Source of the DNA: an uncultured Gemmatimonadales bacterium
GTDB taxonomy: Bacteria; Gemmatimonadota; Gemmatimonadetes; Gemmatimonadales; GWC2-71-9
DNA length: 64,000 nt
Reading direction: 5' to 3'
Assembly (NCBI GenBank): GCA_963695555.1
Contig: CAVOGR010000005.1
Span: 192,001-256,000 of the forward strand
Part shown: in pieces, positions 9,313 to 18,888 of the stretch
Numbering within the stretch: position 1 is the first letter of the stretch
How the letters are laid out: each line of letters begins with the position of its first letter
Position numbers and translations under genes: made by a program
The notes under the pieces: generated by a model
Told to the model about the DNA's origin: nothing
What the model saw: only the letters and a program-made list of their open reading frames with translations
Database searches by the model: none

Positions 9313-10808
9313 GCGCGCCAGCCGCTGATTTGGCGATGCGCGGACCGGACGCCCGACTCGCGAATGCCGATCTGCTCCCGGTGGACGCGAGCCAGCGGAC
9401 CTGGGGCCTGTGGAACATGGCGGCCCTCTGGGTGGGCATGGCGATCACGATCCCGACCTACACGCTCGCGAGTAGCTTGGTGGATCGCGGGTGGACTTGG
9501 CAGGCGGCGGTCGGGTCGGTCGTGCTCGGCAATGTGATCGTCCTTATTCCCATCGCGCTCATCTCCCACGCCGGCACCCGGTACGGCATTCCATTTCCCG
9601 TGCTTACCCGGGCGTCGTTCGGGGTCTTCGGCGCCAACGTGCCGGCCCTCCTCCGGGCAATCGTCGCGTGCGGCTGGTTTGGAATTCAGACGTGGATCGG
9701 CGGCTTTGCCATCTTCAAGCTGCTGGAGGTGATGTGGCCGGGGATCGCCTCGCTGCCCGGGATTCTGCCCGGGTGGATGGGGTTGGGCACCGGGGAGCTC
9801 TTCTGCTTCCTCCTCTTCTGGGGGCTCAACCTATGGATTGCTTTGAGGGGCATGGAGTCCATCAAGTTTCTGGAGACCTACGGGTCGCCGTTTCTGCTGG
9901 CGGTCGGTCTCGCCCTCTTTGCCTGGGCCTGGATCCGTTCGGGCGGGCTCGGACCAATGTTGGTGAACCCCCCGGCGACTGAAGAGACACACGCGGGTGT
10001 GACAGCGGTGTTCGGCGCCGGGCTCACGTCGGCCGTGGCATTCTGGGGGACGATGGCATTATCGATTCCCGATTTTTCGCGGTATGCCAAGTCCCAACGC
10101 GACCAGATCGTGGGACAGGCCATCGGGCTTCCTGTGACAATGGCGCTGTTTAGCTTCATCGGCGCCGCCGTCACCAGCGCCACGGTGGTGATCTTCGGAG
10201 CCCGCATCTCCGATCCCATCGAGCTCATGTCGCGGGTTGGCGGGCCCGTCACCGTGATTATTGCCATGCTCGGACTGGCTATCGCGACCCTGACCACCAA
10301 CATCGCGGCCAACGTGGTGGCCCCCGCCAACGGGTTCAGCAACGTCGCGCCGACCAAGATCTCCTTCAAGGCCGGCGTCATCATCACGGCGGTGATCGGA
10401 ATCCTGATGATGCCATGGCGCCTCTATAGCGATGCCGCGGCCTACATCTTCACCTGGCTCATCGGATACGGAGCCCTCCTCGGGCCGGTGGCCGGCATCA
10501 TTATCACCGACTATTTCCTCTTGCGAAACCACCGTCTCGATGTCGAGGCGCTCTATCGGCGGGACGGTATCTATGCCTACCAAGGCGGAGTCAACTGGGT
10601 TGCGATCGTGGCCCTGATTCTCGGGATCGCCCCGAATATCCCCGGATTTCTGGCCGCTCTCCAGGTGGTCGAAGTCTCCTCCTTTTTTCAGGGCATCTAC
10701 GACTGGGCCTGGTTCGTCGGCTTCGGGCTGGCGGCCGTGGTGTACTTTCTCGGCATGCGCGTCACGGGCGCCGCTCCCGCGCGCGCCGTGGAGGTCGCAG
10801 CCGAATGA
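9309..10808 (+). CDS. NCS1 family nucleobase:cation symporter (uracil/hydantoin permease)
   Basis: G.RYGIPFPV..RASFG, ACGWFGIQTW, DFSRYA, NIAANVV motifs; many TM segments. Confidence 0.92.
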   Translation: MSAPAADLAMRGPDARLANADLLPVDASQRTWGLWNMAALWVGMAITIPTYTLASSLVDRGWTWQAAVGSVVLGNVIVLIPIALISHAGTRYGIPFPVLTRASFGVFGANVPALLRAIVACGWFGIQTWIGGFAIFKLLEVMWPGIASLPGILPGWMGLGTGELFCFLLFWGLNLWIALRGMESIKFLETYGSPFLLAVGLALFAWAWIRSGGLGPMLVNPPATEETHAGVTAVFGAGLTSAVAFWGTMALSIPDFSRYAKSQRDQIVGQAIGLPVTMALFSFIGAAVTSATVVIFGARISDPIELMSRVGGPVTVIIAMLGLAIATLTTNIAANVVAPANGFSNVAPTKISFKAGVIITAVIGILMMPWRLYSDAAAYIFTWLIGYGALLGPVAGIIITDYFLLRNHRLDVEALYRRDGIYAYQGGVNWVAIVALILGIAPNIPGFLAALQVVEVSSFFQGIYDWAWFVGFGLAAVVYFLGMRVTGAAPARAVEVAAE

Positions 10809-12127
10809 CCGATTTCATGCCTCCGCTCCCTGCCGAAGAGCTCGAACGACGGTTTGCCGACATCGCTCCCCCGCTCACGCCGGACGCGGCGCTGCTCGAG
10901 GCATCGAAGTGCCTGTTCTGCTACGACGCGCCGTGTACCCACGCGTGTCCGACGCACATCGATGTCCCGGCCTTTATCAAGAAGATAGAAACTGACAACC
11001 TCCGGGGTTCGGCGAGGGTCATTCTCGACGCGAACCCCATGGGTCACTCCTGCGCCCGGGCGTGTCCGGTGGACGTGCTGTGCGAGGGTGCGTGTGTGTT
11101 GAACGACCGGGACGAGCAGCCGATCAAGATCGCGCTGCTTCAGCGGCATGCCACGGACTACGCCCTCGAACACCGGCTCCGGTTGTTCGAGCCCGGCCGC
11201 CCAAACGGCAAATCCGTCGCCATCGTGGGCGCGGGCCCCGCCGGTCTCTCGTGTGCGCAGGACCTGCGGCGTCTGGGCTATGCGGTGACGGTCTATGAGG
11301 CCAAGGCCAAGCCCGGCGGGCTCAACACCTACGGAATCGCCGAGTACAAGATGCGCCCAGCGACGGCCCTGGCCGAAGTCGAGATGATTGCCGACCTGGG
11401 AGTGGACATCAAGACCGGTGTCATGGTGGGGCGGGACCTACCATTCGCAGACTTGGAGCGTGACTTCGATGCCGTCTTCATCGCGGTCGGGTTGGGCGCC
11501 ACGCGCGGGCTCGGCCTTCCAGGGGAAGACCTACCGGGGGTGTTCGAAGCGTTGGCCTTCATCGAACACTTGAAGACCCATCCGTACGCCGAGACGAGAG
11601 TTGGTCGCCGCGTAGTGGTCATCGGGGCGGGAAATACCGCAATCGATGCCGTGACCCAGGCCAAGCGGCTCGGTGCCGAACACGCGACCATCGTGTACCG
11701 GCGGGGGCGCGCAGAGATGCCTGCGTACGACTACGAGTATGAGCTGGCGCAACGCGATGGGTGCGAGTTCCGGTTTTCCACGGCACCGAAACGTGTGGTC
11801 GGAAAGGAGTGGGTCACGGGGCTCGAGTGCGTCAAGACCGAGCCCGGCCCGCCGGGCCCCGACGGGCGCCGTCGGCCGGTCGACGTGCCCGGCTCAGAGC
11901 ATGTGATTCCGTGTGACATGGTGATCAAGGCGATCGGTCAGGCGCCGCGGAGCGAGTTTGCGAAAGAGGCCGGTCTCATCCTCGAAGGCGATCGCGTCCA
12001 GAGCGAGAAGCCCCATGTCTTCGTCGGCGGCGATTGCATGAGCGGCGGCGCCGAGATCGTGAACGCGGCCGCGGACGGGAAGAAGGCGGCGAGAGACATC
12101 GATAGATTCTTGACGGCTAACAGCTGA
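10805..12127 (+). CDS. preT: Dihydropyrimidine dehydrogenase subunit PreT
   Basis: C.FCYDAPC..ACPT and CARACP...LCEGAC Fe-S motifs; GAGPAG and GAGNTAID; adjacent to preA. Confidence 0.9.
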   Translation: MTDFMPPLPAEELERRFADIAPPLTPDAALLEASKCLFCYDAPCTHACPTHIDVPAFIKKIETDNLRGSARVILDANPMGHSCARACPVDVLCEGACVLNDRDEQPIKIALLQRHATDYALEHRLRLFEPGRPNGKSVAIVGAGPAGLSCAQDLRRLGYAVTVYEAKAKPGGLNTYGIAEYKMRPATALAEVEMIADLGVDIKTGVMVGRDLPFADLERDFDAVFIAVGLGATRGLGLPGEDLPGVFEALAFIEHLKTHPYAETRVGRRVVVIGAGNTAIDAVTQAKRLGAEHATIVYRRGRAEMPAYDYEYELAQRDGCEFRFSTAPKRVVGKEWVTGLECVKTEPGPPGPDGRRRPVDVPGSEHVIPCDMVIKAIGQAPRSEFAKEAGLILEGDRVQSEKPHVFVGGDCMSGGAEIVNAAADGKKAARDIDRFLTANS

Positions 12128-12131
12128 GACC

Positions 12132-12221
12132 GGTGGTAGGGAGTAGGTTGTAGGAGGTAGGCGGTCTATCTGGTTGGCCGTACTTACTCCTAACACCCTA
12201 CGTCCTACGTTCCTACATCCC
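12132..12221 (+). repeat. Inverted G-rich/C-rich heptamer arm pair (empty hairpin element)
   Basis: ggtagggagtaggttgtaggaggtagg ... cctaacaccctacgtcctacgttcctacatccc. Confidence 0.8.
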
Positions 12222-12227
12222 TTCAGT

Positions 12228-12259
12228 TAGCCGATAGCCGATAGCCGATAGCCGATAGC
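12228..12259 (+). repeat. Perfect heptamer tandem repeat (TAGCCGA)x4
   Basis: tagccga x4 followed by tagc, upstream of preA. Confidence 0.92.
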
Positions 12260-12283
12260 AACAAGCCTCCCCCGGAGCTTCCC

Positions 12284-13591
12284 ATGGCCGATCTCAGCGT
12301 CAACTTTGCAGGCATCGCGAGCCCCAATCCCTTCTGGCTCGCCTCCGGCCCGCCCACCAACACCTACGGGCAAGTGGCCCGGGCGTTCGATGCGGGGTGG
12401 GGCGGGGCGGTGTGGAAGACCGTGGGAGACCCGATCATCAACGTGTATTCCCGCTACGGATCGGTCGATCTCGGTGCGACGCGCATGATGGGATTCAACA
12501 ACATCGAGCTGATCACCGACCGGCCGATCGAAGACAATCTGAAGGAAATCGCCGAGGTCAAGCGGAACTACCCCGGGCATGCCGTCATCGTGTCGCTCAT
12601 GGTGGAGAGCAAGCGCGAGGTGTGGCACGAGATCATGCGGCGCACCGAGGACACCGGAGCCGACGGCGTCGAGCTCAACTTCGGGTGCCCGCATGGCATG
12701 AGCGAGCGTGGCATGGGCAGCGCTGTCGGTCAGGTGCCCGAGTATACCTGCCAGATCGTCGAGTGGGTGAAAGAAGTGGCGAGCATTCCGGTCCTGGTCA
12801 AGCTGACGCCCAACGTATCGGATATTGCGTATGTGGCACGGGCGGCGGTCAAGGGCGGGGCCGACGCGCTCTCGCTCATCAATACGATCAACTCGATCGT
12901 CGGGATCGATCTAGACACCTTTGCCCCCCACCCCTCGGTGGCAGGGAAGTCGAGTCATGGTGGCTACTGCGGCCCCGCGGTCAAGCCCATCGCGCTCAAC
13001 ATGGTCGCGGCCGTATGCGCCGACCCCGAGGTTGGTATCCCGGTGTCCGGGGTGGGTGGCATCGCCACCTGGCGGGACGCGGCCGAGTTCATTGCCTTGG
13101 GTGCCACCACGGTCCAGGTCTGCACCGCGGTCATGCACTATGGGTTCCGGATCGTGGAAGACCTGAGCGACGGGCTGACGAATTGGATGAACGACAAGGG
13201 CTACCAAACCATCGCTGACTTTCGCGGCCGGGCCCTCCCGAACGTCGTCAAGTGGGAGGAGCTCGATCTCAACTACCATCTCCTGGCGCGCATCGACCAG
13301 GAGAAGTGCATCGGGTGCGAGCTGTGCTGGGTGGCCTGCGAGGACGGTGCCCACCAGGCCATTCGACGCTTGCCCAGGCAGAATGGCGAGCCGGTGGTGG
13401 AAATCATCGACGAGGCCTGCGTCGGGTGTAACCTGTGCTCTGAAGTCTGCCCTGTGCAGGGCTGCATCACGATGGAGCAGGTGCCCAACGGCCATGGGCC
13501 GGTGACGTGGAAGGAATACGCGGCGGGGAAAGGGACCTTGGCACCTCGGTCCGAGCAGTTTCATACGGCCGCATGGTTGGAGCGTCGGTAG
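12284..13591 (+). CDS. preA: NAD-dependent dihydropyrimidine dehydrogenase subunit PreA
   Basis: NPFWLASGPPT, ELNFGCPHGM, VKLTPN; two C-terminal CxxCxxCxxxC ferredoxin motifs. Confidence 0.95.
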   Translation: MADLSVNFAGIASPNPFWLASGPPTNTYGQVARAFDAGWGGAVWKTVGDPIINVYSRYGSVDLGATRMMGFNNIELITDRPIEDNLKEIAEVKRNYPGHAVIVSLMVESKREVWHEIMRRTEDTGADGVELNFGCPHGMSERGMGSAVGQVPEYTCQIVEWVKEVASIPVLVKLTPNVSDIAYVARAAVKGGADALSLINTINSIVGIDLDTFAPHPSVAGKSSHGGYCGPAVKPIALNMVAAVCADPEVGIPVSGVGGIATWRDAAEFIALGATTVQVCTAVMHYGFRIVEDLSDGLTNWMNDKGYQTIADFRGRALPNVVKWEELDLNYHLLARIDQEKCIGCELCWVACEDGAHQAIRRLPRQNGEPVVEIIDEACVGCNLCSEVCPVQGCITMEQVPNGHGPVTWKEYAAGKGTLAPRSEQFHTAAWLERR

Positions 13592-13614
13592 GAGTTCGTC
13601 CGCTGGGGGGTGGG

Positions 13615-13652
13615 AAAGAGAGCGCCCGGCTTCCTGCCGGGCGCTCTCTTTT
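13615..13652. terminator. Bidirectional intrinsic terminator
   Basis: aaagagagcgcccggc-ttcct-gccgggcgctctctttt between convergent genes. Confidence 0.85.
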
Positions 13653-13668
13653 GCTGGGTTGAGTCGGA

Positions 13669-14658
13669 CTACTTGTGCGGCTGGTCCTCATGCGCCTGGA
13701 TGTTGCCGTGATCCAAGACGCCAGATACGGCGAGCACCGGCAGGTCCGTGTTCGGGTCGTCTCCGGGAGCCCAGATCTGAATTGCAGCTTGATCGCTGGT
13801 TCCAGGCTCTCCCGCATCGACGAATGTGAACTTGACGATCGAGCCAGCTACTCCATTGAGGGAACCCGTGCCTTCACCGACGAAGGTGTCAAACGGGGCC
13901 CTGGGGGGAGCTGGATCGACGTTCGGATCGTCGATGCAATACGCGGACGTCAGAGGCTTGGTAATGTGCCAGTTATTTCCGCCGGGCCAGTTGATCTCCA
14001 GGTTGTTGGAGAGGATGATGTCGCAGTGGATCGTGAAGCCCCTGGTGATACGGACTCCGTCGATCCTGATCTGATTGCCACCGCCGGTCATGCGGCCCAG
14101 CGCCGGCGGGGGTGGCGTGTAGGTGTTAGTGAACTCCACGAGAACGCCGACTACGCCGTTCGGCGTATCGCCGCTGAACGCCTCGCTGGTCGAGTTACCG
14201 GCAACAGGCGCATCGACGACCACATTGTCTACGCCGCTCGTCCGCACCAACTTGGTCTTGACGAAGGACGGCATGTAGCTGCCGATGGCCGGGACGGGCA
14301 CTTGCTCTGTCACGGTGACCAGATCCTGGATCGGCCCACCGTCGGTCCAGATCTCCTGACACTCGCCGTCGGCAAGCGTAACCTGGAAGGACACGTCTGC
14401 GCCGGTGTTATTGTTGTCCCGGTCGACTGTCACGTCGAACGTGACCGACGGGCCCGCCTGTCCGGAGTAATCCTTACACAATTCGAACAGCTCGAACTCG
14501 ACGGTGCGGTCTCCGGTGGGATTGATTGGCGCGCCGCCGAACGATGGACGGCCTGGGTCGGTCAGTGTCGAGGAATCCGAGGCGCAAGCCCCGAGTGAGG
14601 CCACGCCGAGCGCGAGTCCCACGCCCGCGATCCAGCGTCCTAGTCTTGAATGCATCAT
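13669..14658 (-). CDS. Lipoprotein, paralog 1 (shared N-domain + GRMTGGG-type C-domain)
   Basis: Lipobox LGAC; N-domain nearly identical to paralog 2; polyproline linker. Confidence 0.85.
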   Translation of the reverse strand: MMHSRLGRWIAGVGLALGVASLGACASDSSTLTDPGRPSFGGAPINPTGDRTVEFELFELCKDYSGQAGPSVTFDVTVDRDNNNTGADVSFQVTLADGECQEIWTDGGPIQDLVTVTEQVPVPAIGSYMPSFVKTKLVRTSGVDNVVVDAPVAGNSTSEAFSGDTPNGVVGVLVEFTNTYTPPPPALGRMTGGGNQIRIDGVRITRGFTIHCDIILSNNLEINWPGGNNWHITKPLTSAYCIDDPNVDPAPPRAPFDTFVGEGTGSLNGVAGSIVKFTFVDAGEPGTSDQAAIQIWAPGDDPNTDLPVLAVSGVLDHGNIQAHEDQPHK

Positions 14659-14790
14659 GCGGCCCTCCGAATGGAAAATTGGAGCACAACTGAATTGGTA
14701 ATGCTCAAGGGGATGCGGGAAGATACTACAGCTTCAAGGCGAAAGCACAAGCGAAATCGGTTGCGGTGCCCCCGGCTGGCGGAGCGAAGT

Positions 14791-14827
14791 AAAGAAAGAG
14801 CCCGGCTCATTGCCGGGCCCTCCCTCT
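14791..14827 (-). terminator. Intrinsic terminator after paralog 2
   Basis: gcccggc-tcatt-gccgggc hairpin with an A-rich run on the left (U-tract on the minus strand). Confidence 0.65.
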
Positions 14828-14872
14828 AGCTAGGCGAGAAAGACGTTCAACCGCCTCCTCGGGGTGACCGAT

Positions 14873-15793
14873 CTAGTTGCCGATCGGGCAGCCCTGTTCG
14901 TTGTACCATGCAAGCGTGTTCTTCACACCCTCGAAGTCGCCACCTGCGTAGGCGGCCTGTACGGCGGCGATCACGCCGGCAGCTGACAGGTCATAGCTGA
15001 CGTCAGGGTGCGACGAATTCAGAAGCGCGGCCACCGCGTGCCGGCCGAGTGCAATCTCGCCGCCACCGCCGCGCCTCACGGCGTCCAGCAGGGTTCCACC
15101 GAAGCTCGACGAGACGCCGAATGTCGCGTCGTACGAGTCACCCTGCCCGTACCCCGTGGGAGGCCACTGGTTGGTCTGGCTCTTGAGGCCGGTGTGGTTC
15201 TTCCAGTATCCCGGCGTGCAACCTTCACCGCCGCCCGGCGGGGGCGGCATGTAGGTGTTGGTGAACTCCACCAGGACACCGACCACGCCGCTCGGCGTGT
15301 CACCGCTAAAGGCTTCGCTGGTCGAGTTGCCCGGGGTGGATGCACCGACAACCACCGCATCCGGCGCCCCGGCCGTACGGACCAATGTGGTTTTGACGAA
15401 GGATGGCGCATAGCTGCCGGTGGCCGGGACCGGCACCTGCTCCGTCACCGTAACCAGATCCTGGGTCGGTCCACCGTCGGTCCAGATCTCCTGGCACTCG
15501 CCGTCGGCAAGCGTGACCTGGAAGGACACATCCGCGCCGGTATTATTGTTGTCCCGGTCGACCGTCACATCGAACGTGACCGACGGGCCGGCCTGGCCGG
15601 AATAGTCCTTACACAGCTCGAATAATTCGAATTCAACGGTGCGGTCGCCGGTGGGATCCGATGGCGTCCCGCCGAACGACGGACGACTCGGGTCGGTTAG
15701 CGTCGCGGAATCCGAGGCGCACGCCCCGAGCGAGGCCACGCCGAGCGCGAGACCCACCGTCGCGACCCAGCGTCCCAGTCTCAAATGTGTCAT
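14873..15793 (-). CDS. Lipoprotein, paralog 2 (shared N-domain + GCTPGYWKNH-type C-domain)
   Basis: Start MTHLRLGRW after GGAGGG; lipobox LGAC. Confidence 0.85.
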   Translation of the reverse strand: MTHLRLGRWVATVGLALGVASLGACASDSATLTDPSRPSFGGTPSDPTGDRTVEFELFELCKDYSGQAGPSVTFDVTVDRDNNNTGADVSFQVTLADGECQEIWTDGGPTQDLVTVTEQVPVPATGSYAPSFVKTTLVRTAGAPDAVVVGASTPGNSTSEAFSGDTPSGVVGVLVEFTNTYMPPPPGGGEGCTPGYWKNHTGLKSQTNQWPPTGYGQGDSYDATFGVSSSFGGTLLDAVRRGGGGEIALGRHAVAALLNSSHPDVSYDLSAAGVIAAVQAAYAGGDFEGVKNTLAWYNEQGCPIGN

Positions 15794-16150
15794 GCGGCCC
15801 TCCTGCTTCAAAGATATGATCAAACTGAACCAATCGGGAATGCCCATGCGGGGGATTACCCTGAAACTACATTTCCTATCTTGAGGTGCAAGTGAAACGG
15901 CTTTGAAATCCTAGTCCAACCGCGGGATGATCACGGGTTAGGTCTGGCCCCACTGCAACTCCGATACCTGAGGGTCAGCCATCACCAGGTGAGGTCGAGG
16001 GCCTAACCGGCAGCACCTTATGCTCTTGCCGTGCAATAGTTTGTGGACCCGGTCCGACAGTGTGATCTTGTTGTGTGCAATAACCTGCGCGGTTTTCGCG
16101 GGCTCGAGATCGAGCACGAGCCACGCTCCGACCTGCGATGCCTGTCGAAC

Positions 16151-16186
16151 GACAAAGAGCCCAGGCGGCTGCCTGGGCTCTTTGTC
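16151..16186. terminator. Intrinsic terminator hairpin after paralog 3
   Basis: gacaaagagcccaggc-ggct-gcctgggctctttgtc perfect stem. Confidence 0.75.
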
Positions 16187-16221
16187 CACTTGCGGCTTAC
16201 GGCATCATTTTGCCGCGACGG

Positions 16222-17157
16222 TCAGTCAAGCACCTCGGAGTCGCAGTGGCCGGGGCCGATGAGGCCCTTGTTGTAGTTGTCCAGCGTGGTGGCCAGGCTC
16301 AGGAACTGCTGCCGCGTGCTGTTGCTGCCCTTGAGCAACGCGATCTGCGCCGGGGTATAGGTGTTGAACAGCGTCGTCGCTGAGGCGAGTGCGGAGGAGA
16401 CGGCCGTCGGGTTTGCGCCCGACAGTACGTTCAGCTTCGCCGCCATGAACTGGTGCGCCAGGTTGTAGTACGCGTTGCCGGACGGCGACGTCCAGAACAC
16501 CTGGAACCAGGATTGTCCGCTAAGGAAGAACGTCGTGTTCGGGCCGCCAACCAGATCCCACGTGGCATCGGTCGGTCCGGCCGGGCCAAGGATCGAGTGC
16601 GTCTTCCAATAACCCTGGGTCAGCGTACAGCCTTGCATCCTGGTGTTGGTAAACTCTACCAGCACACCCACCGTCCCGATCGCGTTGCCGCGGAAGGCGC
16701 CTGACGCCGTGTTGGAGGCGACCGGCGAGCCCACGACCACCTGGTCGCCGCCGCCGCCCAGCTGGGTGCGTTCCAGCCGGGTCATGACGTAGGACGATGC
16801 AAACCCCGCTGGCACGACCTCGGTGACGGTAACCAGGTCGTAGCCTTGGCCCCCATTGAGCCAGATTTCCCGGCACTCGCCGTTCCGAAGATCGACGTAG
16901 AACGTCTCGTCGATGCTGTTATTGTTGTCGATGTCGACCGTGATGTTGAACCTGACGGGAGCCGGATTGTCGACGGGTCCGGCAAAGTCCTTACAGATTT
17001 CGAACTGTTCGAATTCCACCAGCCGGTTCCCTGCCGTGTTGGTTGCCTCCCCGAAGGACGGGTCGGCACCATTCGGTCCGAGCTTGGACTCGCTCGCGCA
17101 CGCCCCCAGCCACACCACGCCAAGGGTCAGGACCCAAGCGAAGCGCAGTTTGCTCAT
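16222..17157 (-). CDS. Lipoprotein, paralog 3 (diverged N-domain + GCTLTQGYWKTH-type C-domain)
   Basis: Lipobox LGAC; shares VEFE.FE.CKD...GEC.EIW..GG...VTVTE...VGVLVEFTNT with paralogs 1 and 2. Confidence 0.85.
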   Translation of the reverse strand: MSKLRFAWVLTLGVVWLGACASESKLGPNGADPSFGEATNTAGNRLVEFEQFEICKDFAGPVDNPAPVRFNITVDIDNNNSIDETFYVDLRNGECREIWLNGGQGYDLVTVTEVVPAGFASSYVMTRLERTQLGGGGDQVVVGSPVASNTASGAFRGNAIGTVGVLVEFTNTRMQGCTLTQGYWKTHSILGPAGPTDATWDLVGGPNTTFFLSGQSWFQVFWTSPSGNAYYNLAHQFMAAKLNVLSGANPTAVSSALASATTLFNTYTPAQIALLKGSNSTRQQFLSLATTLDNYNKGLIGPGHCDSEVLD

Positions 17158-17626
17158 GTTGCGGCCCTCATAATGTCAGATTGTTGACCTCACCGGTGCC
17201 ACTACCCGGCCCTTCAATGTGCGAGACGCTTTCGTTCCCAAGGCAAAGTCGTTAAGCGCAACCTCGGTGCCCGATCTTAATCCGACTTCGGGCCTCGTTT
17301 CTGACCACAACTTCACTCCGGGCCTGGCCACCGATCCGTCCCGGCCACAGAGGTGTTGGTTCGTCGCAACGATCACGTCCGGCAAAGGCCACAATTTTGG
17401 CCTACCGCACCATATGGACGAGTAACGGATGGTCGGTGTTGGCATGGCGGGACAACCGCGCGGGCACGTTTTGGCCATTGCGCGACAGCCAAAGGCGTAA
17501 GTGTCTTCCCCACGCCACAGTTGCCACCTCCGCTGGTCGAGCGCCTGGCGCGGGTCGGCAGCGCAACGTACCCTTTGCAGTTACCGTAACTTAGGCCCAA
17601 CCTCGGCCCTGAACCGGAGCTGATCG

Positions 17627-18781
17627 ATGTCCCCGGCCCCCCGTCTCGCGCTCTCAGTTGCCCTCGCCATGTTTTGGCCCACCTGGGTGCCCGCTCAGGC
17701 GACCCAACCCGATCCCGTTCGGGCCCGAGGCTTGGGGGTACGGCCCGGCATCTTCGAGCCCGGCTCCTTCAACGCCATTACCGATGTGGCGGGCGTCCGC
17801 GTCGGCCAAGTCACCGTTTCGGTGGGAGATTCGATTCGGACAGGGGTCACCGCCATCCTGCCCCACGACGGCAACGTGTTCCTCGACCGGGTTCCCGCGG
17901 CGATCCATGTCGGCAACGGGTTCGGCAAGCTGCTCGGCTCGACCCAGGTGGCCGAGCTTGGCGAGCTCGAGACGCCGATTCTGCTCACGTGCACGCTCTG
18001 CGTGTGGAAGGCGGCCGATGCGCTGGTCGAGTGGATGCTGGCGCGACCTGGGATGGCAAGCGTTCGGTCCATCAATCCGGTGGTCGCGGAGACCAACGAC
18101 GGAGGACTGAACGCCATCCGGTCGCGTCCCCTCAGCGCTGCCGATGTCGTCAGTGCCTTGGAGCGGGCGGACACGGGCCCCGTCGCCGAGGGGAGCGTGG
18201 GAGCAGGCACCGGGACCGTAGCCTTCGGCTGGAAGGGCGGGATCGGTACGTCATCGAGGATCCTGCCGGAACCCCTCGGTGGCTATACCCTCGGGGTCTT
18301 GGTGCAAACCAACTTCGGCGGAGTGCTGCAGGTTTTAGGGGCGCCCGTGGGCCGCGAACTGGGCCGCTACGCGTTTCGGTCAGCAGTAGAGCGGGAGGTG
18401 GGAGATGGGTCGATCATCATCGTCGTGGCCACCGACGCTCCGCTCTCCGACCGGAACCTGGAGCGCCTCGCGGCCCGCGCCATGCTGGGCCTCGCCCGCA
18501 CCGGATCGTCCGGGTCGAACGGATCGGGTGACTACGTCATCGCCTTCTCCACCAGCCCCGACGTGCGTCGCGGTACTGACCAGCCGATGCTCGCCACGCG
18601 TGTCCTGGCCAACGATCGGATGTCGGCGCTCTTTCAGGCGGTCATCGAAGCCACTGAAGAAGCCATCTATAATTCGCTCTTCATGGCAACACCGGTCACC
18701 AGCCGTGGGCGCACGGTCGAGCCGATCCCGCTCGACGCCGTGCGCGAGATTCTCGAGAAGTACCGTGTCGTGGATCGCTAA
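17627..18781 (+). CDS. P1 family (DmpA-like) aminopeptidase, secreted
   Basis: NAITDVAGVRVG, GVTAILPH, NGFGK, EGSVGAGTG and NGSGD autoproteolysis site. Confidence 0.9.
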   Translation: MSPAPRLALSVALAMFWPTWVPAQATQPDPVRARGLGVRPGIFEPGSFNAITDVAGVRVGQVTVSVGDSIRTGVTAILPHDGNVFLDRVPAAIHVGNGFGKLLGSTQVAELGELETPILLTCTLCVWKAADALVEWMLARPGMASVRSINPVVAETNDGGLNAIRSRPLSAADVVSALERADTGPVAEGSVGAGTGTVAFGWKGGIGTSSRILPEPLGGYTLGVLVQTNFGGVLQVLGAPVGRELGRYAFRSAVEREVGDGSIIIVVATDAPLSDRNLERLAARAMLGLARTGSSGSNGSGDYVIAFSTSPDVRRGTDQPMLATRVLANDRMSALFQAVIEATEEAIYNSLFMATPVTSRGRTVEPIPLDAVREILEKYRVVDR

Positions 18782-18796
18782 GAGTCCCCCCCAAGA

Positions 18797-18834
18797 AGAG
18801 AGCCTCCCATGCCTATCGGCATCGGAGGCTCTCT
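18797..18834. terminator. Hairpin terminator between convergent genes
   Basis: agagagcctcc..atgcc-tatc-ggcat..ggaggctctct. Confidence 0.65.
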
Positions 18835-18838
18835 ACAG

Positions 18839-18886
18839 TTCCAACTCCCTACTTCCAACTCCCTACTCCCTACTCCCTACTCCCTG
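18839..18886 (-). repeat. Heptamer tandem repeat (GGGAGTA)n on the minus strand
   Basis: ttccaac tccctac ttccaac tccctac tccctac tccctac tccctg on +, directly after the stop of the LysM-BON gene. Confidence 0.9.
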
Positions 18887-18888
18887 TC

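Noticed and set aside
15900..16150. Small ORFs between lipoprotein paralogs 2 and 3
   Set aside because: No RBS or recognisable motifs, and they overlap a terminator.
17160..17620. Riboswitch (e.g. c-di-GMP) upstream of the lipoprotein array
   Set aside because: A GGCAAA word is present but I could not build the conserved stems; treated as a divergent promoter region.
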